Positions 53,207 to 64,000 of a stretch of 64,000 nucleotides of DNA are shown in pieces. Below the pieces are notes generated by a model. That model saw only the letters and a list, made by a program, of their open reading frames with translations. It ran no database searches and was not told the origin of the DNA. Both the position numbers and the translations under genes were made by a program. This stretch comes from Felis catus (taxonomy: Eukaryota): positions 7,254,001 through 7,318,000 of the forward strand of contig NC_058382.1 of assembly GCF_018350175.1 (NCBI RefSeq), given 5' to 3'. How positions within the stretch are numbered: position 1 is the first letter of the stretch; each line of letters starts with the position of its first letter.

Positions 53207-53421
53207 ATTTTTTAATGTTTATTTTTTTAAGAGAAAGAGAGACAGAGTGTGAGTGGGGGAGGGACAGAGAGAGAGGGAGACACAGAATCTGAAGCAGGCT
53301 GCAGGCTCCAGGCTCCGAGCTGTCAGCATAGAGCCCCATGCGGGGCTCGAACTCATGAAGGGTGAAATCATGACCTGAGCCGAAGTCACACACTCAACCG
53401 ACTGAGCCACCCAGGCACCTC
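53207..53421 (-). mobile_element. Can-SINE within a reversed L1 fragment
   Basis: Near-TSD ttcaacggtttaa / ttcaacagttttaa. Confidence 0.88.
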
Positions 53422-54389
53422 TCTTCAACAGTTTTAAAGGCAATACGCTGATCTAACACCTGCCAAAGCTATGGTGAAAAGTTTAGGAGAAGCACTGTGC
53501 TTGGCTCCCCCACCCCCTCCCCTGTCCCCATGCTTCTTTCTCCTGATGGCACAGCCTGGAAGCATTCTGGGTCAGGTTTAGACTCAAGGTTGAGGAGGAG
53601 ATCAGAAGGGAGGTGTGTGGGCCCGGAGGCAGAGACTGATGTGTTGTGATCTGGTCTGACTCAGCACAGGGCAGCCTGGGCAAAATTGAGATGTAGTTGT
53701 TGGATTACCACACAAACCCAACTATTACTCAGGGTGGCACGTAATCCGGATAAAGATGTTCTCCCTGCATGTGGGTGGCCAGGTGATCCAGTTTGAAGCA
53801 CAAGATGTAAGCTGAAACCCAGTGGGTGGATTTCCCTGGGAAGTTTTTGTTTTGCTGATAAAAGGGTGGGTGTTATGTTTGGAACCTATCCCCTTCCCAC
53901 CAAGAATGGGGATGCCCAGAGGTGGCTCAGCCACTTGGCACCACAAGGATAAAAGCCACGGGATAAAGACGACTGCAAGAAGCAAAAAGAAGCCTGCACT
54001 CTTGGTGACTTGCGTAAGCCTCTGCTCCAGGCGCACACTCCCAACATCCGAACTTGAAACAAGAGAGGACAGAACCTCCAGCAGCTGTGCTACTCTAGTT
54101 GGTGTTAGGTATGCTGATACAGAGGAGTTGATGGGAGAAATGAAGTTTCTAGGAACAAAACCTGAGCTTAAGACATGGTGCAGATTTTCCTGGGCAGGAT
54201 CAACTCTCTCTTCCTGAATGAGGATGTGCCTTTTTCAGTGTGAAGCCTGGCTCCAGAATCAGGAGGGAACAGATGTCTGCAAATGGCTCCTGTCAAGGGT
54301 GGAGAGGACCAGTGTATTTCCTGCATGGTGATGTAAGTGGTAAGGAGAATAGGGCTGTGGTGGTGCAAGAAATAAGCTTCTTGCCCTAC

Positions 54390-55760
54390 CAGATATTAAG
54401 ACAGGCTGCAAAAATAAAATAATGTAGTTTTTCAAGTGTAGTGTTTAAAATAATTAAATTTAAAAAGTGTAGTGTTAGTGAGTGCAGGAGTAGACAAATG
54501 GCTCAGTGAGACAGAAGAGAGAGTTCAGAACTCAATATATTATATACTATATGGGGAGTTATAAAATATGGTAAAATAACAATCCAAATTAATGGGAGGA
54601 AGATGATAAGCATAGTAAATAGCGTCAGGAAAACTGGCTTAATGTGTGGAGAAAAATATACTTAGATATCTATCTAACACCATACACAAAGGTAGACTCA
54701 AGATGTATTAAAGGCCAATATGTGAAAGATACACTTACAAAGTAAACAGAAGAAAACCAAGGAGATTATCTTCAAATCTTTGTGACAAAGAACAACTTCT
54801 TAAGACTTGGAAAGTACAGATCATAGAACAGAACATCGATTAGTCTCAATATGTCAAAATTAAAAGTAGACTAAAATGGGCCTTTAAAACATTTATCAAA
54901 ATGGGAGAGGTTGGGGTGCCTGGGTGGCTCAGTCAGTTAAGCATCCAACTTCGGCTCAGATCATGATCTTGTGGTTCGTGAGCTCGAGCCCCATGTCAGG
55001 CTCTGTGCTGATGGCTCAGAGCCTGGAGCCTGCTTCAGATTCTGTGTCTCCCTCTCTGTCTGCCCCTCCCCTGTTCACACTCTGTCTTTCTTTGTCTCTC
55101 AAAAATGAATAAATATTTAAAAAAATAAAAAATTAAAAAATAAAAGAATGGGAGAGGTCATTTGCAATATTCATAATGTACAAGGGACTAACACCTATAA
55201 TATGCAAGAAGCACCTGTGAATTAAGAAAAGGGATGGGCACCCTTATGGGAAAATGGGTAAAACTTATGAACAGGCAATTTGCAGAAGCAGAATCTAAAA
55301 GCTGACATGCATAAGAGATGTTCAAACTCATTATCAGAGAAATGTAAATTTCAACAGCAGTGAGCTACAATTTTACACCAATTAGGCTAGAGAAAATTAG
55401 AAGGATGGGTAGTGTTCAGTGTTGTCAGAGATGTACAGGCATCCTGGGATGTTCAAGTGCTACCAGGGTAAGTGTGGGGCCTTCAGCTCTGAGGAAGGAT
55501 CTGGCACTATTTCATTTAATTAAATATATACATACCCCATGACTCAGCAATTTCTTTCCTGGCTATACATCCCAAAGAAATTCTTCCACACCCACAAGGG
55601 GTCACGTACAAGGATGTGCCTTGCAGTGTTCTTTGTGGTGGTTGGGAGTTGGCAGCCACTGCGTGTCCATCCCTAGGGGGATTGTTGAGTAAATGTGCGG
55701 ATGCCCATGATGGAGTTCAATGCAATGGGGCAGATGTGTGAACACGGCAACATGGTTGGG
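54390..55760 (+). mobile_element. Old L1 (ORF2 3' part), interrupted by a Can-SINE at 54913-55146
   Basis: A-rich L1-like motifs (ctaacaccatacacaaa, tacaccaattaggctag, catgactcagcaatt); SINE TSD atgggagaggt. Confidence 0.7.
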
Positions 55761-55784
55761 TCTTTAAAACAAAATGCTGTTTGA

Positions 55785-55992
55785 GGGGCACCTGGGTGGT
55801 TCAGTTGGTTAAGCGTCCAACATCAGCTCAGGTCATGATCTCATGGTCCATGAATTCGAGCCCCGCGTTGGGCTCTGTGCTGACGCTCAGAGCGTGGAGC
55901 CTGCTTCAGATTCTGTGTCTCCCTCTCTCTCTGCCCCTCTCCTGTTCATGCTCTGTCTCTCTCTGTCTCAAAAATAAATAAACATTAAAAAT
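55785..55992 (+). mobile_element. Can-SINE
   Basis: Full length. Confidence 0.9.
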
Positions 55993-57519
55993 TTTTTTAA
56001 AAATGTTATTTGAAAAGTGAGTTAGAATAGAATGATATATATAATCTAATGCCAATAACATAAGTTAAAATTACAGGCCCATAAGAACCACACTACACAT
56101 TTTGTAAGACCGAGGGAGGGTGGGAAGAGAGAAGAGAAGGGAGGGATGGAAGGAGGGGGGGGGCAAGAGAAGGATTCTGTACAAACCAGTGATGATAATG
56201 ATGCATTTGACATTGAACCTCTGCCCCTAAGGTCTAAAGGGAGTAAAAAATTAGCTTGTTAAATTGTCAAGCCACACCTTGCATAGGTAGTGTCCTGAGG
56301 CTGAGCCCCTCTGTGGGGCTGGGAAAGTTGTGTGCATTTTGGGTGTCCCCATTCACTGTGGCCATCTTTTGATACTATTCGGTATCCTTGAATTGTTAAA
56401 TCAGACACTAACCCAACTGTGGCTGATTCTTGCTTGATTCTGCACTCCCCCGAAATGCACAGACTTGGCTCAGGACCTCCTCAGAGAGGCTGTCATTGAG
56501 GCCCCAAACTGTCATCGGGTGTGGCTTGGAAAGTTGGTGCGTCCTCCACCCGGTGCCCTCCCTCTTGGGATGGTTGACCCTGGCTAAAAACCGAGGTCAG
56601 GGAGTGGCCCCAATTTTGTTGGTGGGAGGATCTTCCCCATGCATTCCACACACCAGATAAGCATCTAATTGTTAGCTACAGAGAGGCTGGCTGTGGGTTA
56701 CCTTTTATTAGTAATCATAATGATGATGATGACAACAGCAACCATGTATCGAGAGCCTGACACCTCGCTGCATTCATTGCATGCCTCGTCTCTCCCAGTT
56801 ATGACAGCAGCCTCAGGAGGGAGGCCCTCAAAAAGGCAGTGAGGGGCAGTCAGGTTGGGAGGATTTGGCTCAGTTTCTGCAGCTGGTACGTGGCAGAGCC
56901 GGGATATGAATCAAGGGAGTGGGAGGCCTGAGCCTTTGCCCAAAACCACACCGTGCTCCGGCCAACAGAAGCAAATGCAGGGGCACCCTGCCAAAGCCGA
57001 AGCTGGGGAGTCTCGACTAAGGCAGTAGGGAGAGAGGGAGGGGGTGAGAGAAGGAAGAAAAAGGGGGGGGGGCGAGGAAGCGGAGACACTGAGCTTTACA
57101 GAAACAGAGCAAAGAAGATTTAAAGACAAAATTCAGACGTAAAGAGATTCAAAAAGAGAGGGAGCTTTGGGGAGCTTTAGAAAGAGGGAAAGTGAAATAG
57201 AACCATAGAAAAAGGTTCTGAAGAAGGACCTAGGGAGATAGAGAGAGGGACTCAGTAAGATAGATAGGAAGATAGGGACAGACAGAGAGAAAGGAAGGAA
57301 GGATACCTGCCTTGGGAATTTTACAGAGGCAGTCGGGGATCCCAGATTCCCTTTGCTGACCCTTAACCTCACTCTCCTTCAATTTCCAGATGCCTAAGTG
57401 CCCCGCCCCACCCCTTGGCTTTGCAGCTAGACCCCTAGCACCCAGGGCTCCGTTCTCTCAGATCCTGGCCTGGGTCACCCATGGAAAATATCCCTTCTAT
57501 GCTAAAGAACAGGCAGGCT

Positions 57520-57742
57520 GGGGATGCCTGGGTGCCTCAGTCCGTTAGGCATCTGGCTCTTGATTTTGGTTCAGGTCCCGACATCGTGGTTCATAGGATC
57601 CAGCCCTGCATCGGACTCTGCGCTGACAGTGTGGAACCTGCTTGGGATTCTCTCTCCTTCTCTCTCTGCCTCTCCTTTACTCGTGCTCTGTCTCTCTCAA
57701 AATAAGTAAATAAACATGAAAATAATTTTTTAAAAAAATAAA
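57520..57742 (+). mobile_element. Can-SINE
   Basis: Full length; flanked by aacaggc-containing repeats. Confidence 0.88.
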
Positions 57743-57934
57743 GAACAAACAGGCTGGATTCAAACCTGTGTCTATTTCCTATGCTGAGCATTAAGGGAGA
57801 GAATGCACGTCAAGGCAAGGGTACAGAGCGTGGCGCAGAATAGGCATGTAAAACTAGTTGCTTCTGTGATTATTATGACCATTATTCCTCTTGTCCTGGA
57901 GTTCCTTGGCCAGCCAGCACAGGTGCCAAGAGAG

Positions 57935-58080
57935 TCATTGTGCCGTATCAGCGTCTCCAGGGAGCTTGTTAGAAAGTGTAAATTCTTGGCCCCTCCTCAG
58001 ACCAACTGAATCAGGAGTTGCATCTTAACGAGATCCGCTGGTGCTTTGTGTGCACTTTGGGGTTTGAGATGCGCCCCTAA
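57935..58080. mobile_element. MER5A-like hAT MITE
   Basis: ggagcttgttagaaagtgtaaattcttggcccctcctcagaccaactgaatcag. Confidence 0.65.
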
Positions 58081-58446
58081 GCACCCAGGAAGAAGGAATT
58101 TTGAACGCGAGGTATGAGAATCCACAACTTGCTCCCGGGCGCCACCTTGAGGTCTGTGGAAGACCTGACCCTGGAAAGCCATGGGTGTAAAGTCCCACAA
58201 CCCTGGGTCCTGGTTTCCCAGCTCCCCTGGGTTCTTAACTTTGGAATTTTGGGGCAAGTTAATTGATCTCTCTGAGCCATGGATAGGTCACACTTCTTAC
58301 CTGTAACACCAAGCTCACAACTGCATCTCATGCACAATGCCTGCTGCAGAGTTGGTGCTGAAAAAATGTTATCCTGTTTTCAGAATGTGCCACTGTTTCG
58401 AAGATGGAGCCTGCACATAACTTAGAGGGCAGACTACTCAATCCAC

Positions 58447-58882
58447 TGTATTATGTGTTACACTGTGTCCTCCAAAAAGATATGTTTTAAGGTCCTAATC
58501 CCGGAGACCTCAGAGTGCAATCTTATTTGGATATTGGGTCATTGCGGGTTAGTTAACATGAGGTCATACTGGAGTAGGTTGGACCTTTAATCCCATATGA
58601 CTGGTGCTTTTATAAAAAGAGGGAAGACAACGTGAAAACATACACACAGGGGAGAAGGTCATGTGAAGACAGAGGCAGAGATTGGGGTGATGAAGCTACA
58701 AGCCAAGGAACTCCAAGGATTGACAGCCATTGTCAGAAGCTAGAAGAGGCAAGAAAAGATTCTACCCAGAGTCCCAGAGAGAGCACAGCCTTGTCAATAG
58801 CTTGATCTTGAACTTATGGCCTCCAGGAGTTCTGGCCTCCTGCTATGGACACTGTTACAGCAGCCCTAGGGAACCACTACAC
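58447..58882 (+). mobile_element. MLT1 (MaLR) solo LTR
   Basis: tgtgtcctccaaaaagatatg...cttatttgga...atgaggtcatactggagtagg...acagcagccctagggaaccactaca. Confidence 0.75.
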
Positions 58883-58979
58883 ATAGGAAGGTTGATCGTC
58901 TCTGTGGGTCAGATAGAGATATTAGAATATCTCCAGAATCCTTCCCTTGAGAGGAAGAAGTCAAACACAGGTCTACTTT

Positions 58980-59750
58980 ACAACAGAAGATGTATGAATG
59001 GCCAATAAGCACATGAGAAGATGGAGAAGATGCTCAACATCTTTAGTCACAAGAGAAATAAAAAACTGCAATCGGACACTACTACATGCCCATCAGGTTG
59101 GCTAAGACAATTTTTTAAATCCCCCAAACTCATAAATGTAGCAGAGATGTACAGTGACCAGAACTCCCACACATTGTTGCTGGGGATGTACAATGGCATA
59201 ACCACTTTGGAGAAAGGTTGGGCAGTTTCTTGCAATACTGAACATGATCTACTCTATGCCTAGCAGTCCCACTGGTAGGTATTTCTCCATGAGAAGTGAA
59301 AGCACATGTCCACACAAAGACTTTTACACAAATGTTCACAGCAGCTTTCTTTGTAATAGCCCCAAACTGGAAGCAACCCAGGTGTCCATCAACAGGAGAA
59401 GGGATAAATGAACTGTGGCGTATTCAAACAATGGGCTATGCCTCAGCAATTACAAGGAACAAAATGCTCAAGGGGACTCAAGATGAAAGGAGTCTTATAC
59501 AAACAGTACGCACTTACATCTCCATTTACAGGAATTTCTAGAATAGGCAAAGCTACTCTATGGTGGAGAGACATCAGAACCCTGCTTGCCTCTTGGGGTG
59601 GAGGCTGGGACAGACAGAACTGATGTGAAGAAACTTGCTGGGTGATAGTGTATGTTCTGTGTCTTGATGGGGGTTGGTGTGCATGTTGGTCAAAACTCAC
59701 AGAAAAGTACAGCTTTTGTGCATTTCATTGTGTATGAATTTTACCTTAGA
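58980..59750 (+). mobile_element. Old L1 fragment (ORF2 C-terminus and 3' UTR)
   Basis: ORF 59296..59541 KTFTQMFTAAFFVIAPNWKQPRCPSTGEGINELW resembles the L1 ORF2 C-terminal region. Confidence 0.8.
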
Positions 59751-59850
59751 AAAGAAACATGAAGTTTGAGTTGTAGTACGTGATAGATGTGTTTGAGAAT
59801 TTAAGATGAAGTGTACTGGTGCCTGTGACTTACTATGGAATGCATCAAAA

Positions 59851-60002
59851 NNNNNNNNNNNNNNNNNNNNNNNNNNNNNNNNNNNNNNNNNNNNNNNNNN
59901 NNNNNNNNNNNNNNNNNNNNNNNNNNNNNNNNNNNNNNNNNNNNNNNNNNNNNNNNNNNNNNNNNNNNNNNNNNNNNNNNNNNNNNNNNNNNNNNNNNNN
60001 NN
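59851..60002. other. Assembly gap (N x152)
   Basis: Run of n. Confidence 0.99.
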
Positions 60003-61120
60003 GTGACAAAGCAAAGATAGCAAATTATAAACAGTGGAATCTAGGTAGTGGGTATATGGATGTTTGCTGTAAATCTCTTTTAATTTTGCTATGTGTTCGA
60101 AAATGTTCATGATAAACATACGGGGGAAATCAGACATGTGTCTAGTTAAGTTGCAGTGACTCAGTTCTTCTCCATTTTCATTGCCACTACCTTAGCTGGA
60201 GCTACTCTCCTTTCTTTCCTGGACATTCATTCATTCATTCATTCAACAAACAGTTACTGAGCACCTACTGTGTTCCAAGCACTGTTCTAGGTTCCCAGAT
60301 CATAGCACTGAACAAGTTGGAGAAAGTCTGTTTTTGTGTAGCTTTTTTTTTCCCTAGAGGAGGAGAAAGACAACCATGTATAAGCACATAATACTTCAAT
60401 GGGGACATTAAATGTTATGAAGATGAGTAAAGCAATCAGGGTAAGAGGACAGGGAGAGCTGGCAGTGGGGGTGTTATTTCCCATTGGCTCGTCAAAAGAG
60501 GCCCCTGTGGGAGGTAACTCAGACCACAGACCAGAAGCAGCAAGGGAGGGAATTGTGGGGGTGACAGGGGAAGCTCCAGGATGTGCGGCCAACTCCGACA
60601 CAGACATACTGGGCTGCTGCAAACACCCTCTTCACTTCTCTACGCTGGTCTCTGCCTTTGCACTTGCTCTGCTCTGTCCCTCAACTGTTCTCCCCCAGAA
60701 AACTGAGTGGGGGGGGGGTTGGCATTGTTTATAGGGAAGGAGGCACCTTCTCTTCTGCAGCTGTCAGCAGCATGGATTGTCGGGCTGAGTAGGGCTTTCA
60801 GGGGAGTTTGGTGGTGGGGATGGAAGAAGCTGGACCACTCTGCTCACTAGTGAGCAGATCTGAGGGTCCTTGCTTGGGTGGGTCTCCAGGAGGTAGGGGT
60901 GGAAGAGAAGAGGTAACAGGGAAGAGGAGACAGGAGCAAGCAGTGTGGTCAAAAGCAGGGCAGGAGACCTGGAGGGTCTTTCAGAAGCCAGCATGCTGAA
61001 TGGTCAAAGCTGAAGTCTTTACCTGGAAGTTGATCCTTTTTGGCAAATCCTCCATCAAAAAGCCTCCTGCATTTGGGACTGCCTGGGCTAGCATTTTGGG
61101 TGGAAATCAAAAAGTGTGTA

Positions 61121-61330
61121 GGGGGCGCCTGGGTGGCGCAGTCGGTTAAGCGTCCGACTTCAGCCAGGTCACGATCTCGCGGTCCGTGAGTTCGAGCCCC
61201 ACGTCAGGCTCTGGGCTGATGGCTCAGAGCCTGGAGCCTGTTTCCGATTCTGTGTCTCCCTCTCTCTCTGCCCCTCCCCCGTTCATGCTCTGTCTCTCTC
61301 TGTCGCAAAAATAAATAAACGTTGAAAAAA
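61121..61330 (+). mobile_element. Young felid SINEC_Fc-type Can-SINE
   Basis: CpG-rich full-length copy; TSD aaaaagtgtgt. Confidence 0.95.
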
Positions 61331-62487
61331 AAAAAGTGTGTCCCTTCAGGTGACAGTAGGATTCTGAGGTGGTCTAGATGGTGGAGCTAGAACTTCTACT
61401 AATGGGACCAAGGGAAGACTTGGCTGAAGTCCCTTTTCTGCTTAAACACCATTGATGGCTTCCCACTACTTTTGGAATAAACCCCTAACTTGTCACCGGA
61501 GCCTTCAGAGGCTGACATGATCTGGACTCTGTTAGTGTCCTACTTTCCCACCCAATCTGGCAGCACAATTCTGCCCAATACCTCAGATGAAGCCTGAGTT
61601 GGAGGAGCCCCTTGGGGAACTTGAAAAAATAGAAAGTTTCCTTTTTTTAAAATAAATGATCTATAATCAATTTTTGTTTCACAAGAAGAAGGAGAAGAAG
61701 AAGGAGAAGAAAAAGAAGGAGAAGAAAAAAAAGAGGAAGGAGGAGGAGGAGGGGAAGAAAGAAAAATTTACAAAGATGAAAAAACCTAATAATGCTTCCT
61801 AGACACACATATTGGTGAGTAAATCAAGTGGGTTCACAAATCTGTGGGTCAAATTCTCTTAGACTGTTGAGCAAACTCAGTATTCTCTATCAAGCATGAT
61901 TTATTTTTTGCTTTTAATTTAGACCAAGGGTGGAAAAGGCTGTGTTCATCATATGGCATATTTGCTGGCACATTATTATCAAGGCTTCTGTCTTATTTTT
62001 TTATATAATTGTATCCAACCCATTTTTCCCCCATTGTCTGTTCCTATTCCCTTCCTCCTCTGGGCCCAAACTAGAGACAAATGAGGTATTTTGCCTCAGG
62101 AACAAAATTTAAGGAGTAGTGCAAAACCTCAGAAATCAAGACAAACAATATTTTAAGAAGTCAAAACGAATGCAGACAAGTCCACACAGGGATCTGACTC
62201 TGCACAGCATGATTCATATGCCTCAACCTAATCCCAGTCCTTCTGCATACTGTCTTTATTTTAAATCTTGGTATCTTGTTCATCCTAGATTGTTGCATTA
62301 ATTTGGAGTTTTTAAAACATCGCATTAAAGTGTTTATTCTTGATTACTGAGGTTTTTGGTCATGCCTATGCTTGTGCCCAAGACCGTCTTCCCCCTCCTC
62401 CTGGTCTTCTGAACTTTGCCCTCAGGTAACCATCCTATCATGTCTCATTCACATCTTTGTGTTTTTGCGTGTTTTTATTGCCATAAG

Positions 62488-63668
62488 TGTGCCAAACTAC
62501 CAAATCTGAGGACACGGTTCTTCACAAGATTGCCTTTGTTTCAGACACCTGCTGCAATTTTGGGGGTCCGCGGGGTCGCCTCCCCGCCTTGAGACCAGCT
62601 AGCTACAAATCTGGAGTCCCCGCAGACTCCCTCAGGCTTAATAAATCACAACCATGGGATTCAGGAAAGTGCCAAACTTACAACTGCGGTTTTATTATAA
62701 CAAAAGGACAGAAATTAGAAGATAAACATAGGGGCGCCTGGGTGGCTCAGCTGGTTAAGCATCCGACTTCGGCTCAGGTCATGATCTCACGGTTGGTGGG
62801 TCTAAGCCCCGCGTTGGGCTCTGTGCTGACAGCTCAGAGCCTGGAGTCTGCTTCGGATTCTGTGTCTCCCTCTCTCTCTGCTTCTCTCCCACTCACACTG
62901 TGTCTCTCTCTCTCCCTCAAAAATAAATAAACATTAAAAAAGAAAAAAGAAACTAAAAGATATGCATAGAGTGAAGTGGGAGGTGGTTCCAAACGTGAAG
63001 CTTTCATCATCCTCAGGGATGTGTTATTTGTCACACATCAAAGTGTGACAATTCCCAAAGAGTATTGCCAACCAGGGATGCTCACTCAAACTATGACACA
63101 CAGAGTTTTTAATGGGCTACATTACGTAGGTGTGATTGATGGGTCAGCTGGCTACAGATTTGGGGGTTCTCACTACCCCTTAAGATTCAATATTTTGTTA
63201 GACCAACTCTCAGAACTCAGGAACATGCTATACTCATGATTACAGTTTTATTATAAAGAGTATAAATCAGGCCAGATGAAAAGATGAATAGAATGAGGTC
63301 CAGGAAGGTCCCAAACATATTCTGTGCATTCTGTCCTCAGGAGCTGTCACACCCTGTGTGTTGCCAAACAGGAAGCTCATCAGAGCTCCAGAGTCCAGAG
63401 TTTTTATTGGGGTTCCATTATAGACACATGGTTGATCAAATCACTGGCCATATGATTGAACTCAGTCCAGCCTTCTTTCCTCCATAGGCTGATATCAAGT
63501 GGCCCAAAACTCCAACCTTCTGAATCACATGGTTTGTGTTTCAAGTATTTTGAGCGTGGCCCTAGGGGCCTACCATATATAACAAAGGTATTTCTATCAC
63601 TCCAAAGGTTTAGGGCTTACTTCCCAAGAACAAGGGACAGAGACCAGCCAAATTCTGTTGATTACACA
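62488..63668. mobile_element. MER21-like ERV LTR interrupted by a Can-SINE (62731-62955)
   Basis: Internal duplicated motifs (ttcagacacc / tttgggggt...ttattataa), as recalled for MER21-family LTRs. Confidence 0.5.
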
Positions 63669-63715
63669 TTTATAAAATATGCAGAGATTTTTGGTTCTGT
63701 GCATATATTTTTTTA

Positions 63716-63939
63716 TAAATTTTTTTTATAACATTTATTTATTTTTGAGACAGAGAGAGACAGAGCATGAACGGGGGAGGGTCAGAGAGAGGGAGACACA
63801 GAATCTGAAACAGGCTCCAGGCTCTGAGCTGTCAGCACAGAGCCCGACGCGGGGCTTGAACTCACAGCCCTCACAGACCGCGAGATCATGACCTGAGCTG
63901 AAGTCGGCCGCTTAACCAACTGAGCCACCCAGGCGCCCC
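63716..63939 (-). mobile_element. Can-SINE
   Basis: Full length; flanked by ctgtgcatata on both sides. Confidence 0.92.
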
Positions 63940-64000
63940 TCTGTGCATATATTTTTAATGCATGTAAATCATATTGGTTATATGCCCCAACTTTGACCTT

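Noticed and set aside
51300-64000. Additional KLK exon, pseudogene or novel gene downstream of KLK5
   Set aside because: No TAAHC, DLML or GDSGGP-like remnants found; the region is mostly L1, LTR, SINE and DNA-transposon fragments.

Overview
Mammalian genomic DNA, most likely from a cat-family carnivore: it carries many tRNA-derived Can-SINEs of the felid SINEC_Fc type. The window holds the central part of the tissue kallikrein cluster, with five spliced serine-protease genes in tandem on the + strand: KLK9, KLK8, KLK7, KLK6 and KLK5. Each has five coding exons with the typical KLK intron phases (1,2,1,0), GT-AG junctions, an open frame and an intact His/Asp/Ser triad. The rest is introns and intergenic DNA rich in SINEs, old L1/L2/LTR/hAT fragments, MSR1-like minisatellites and two assembly gaps. 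I found no new gene or multi-gene system. The most unusual signals are non-coding: (1) an atypical CA/GTTGAGT 5' splice site on the catalytic-His exon of KLK5; (2) 17 same-strand CCAAT boxes with ~16-17 bp spacing in KLK6 intron 3; (3) a TCTAGA/heat-shock-element-rich domain in KLK9 intron 2; (4) a stop-interrupted relic of the human neuropsin type II exon extension in KLK8; (5) a promoter-like CpG island in the KLK9 3' UTR. Gene names and human comparisons are from memory of the orthologues, not from a database search. Repeat boundaries are approximate.
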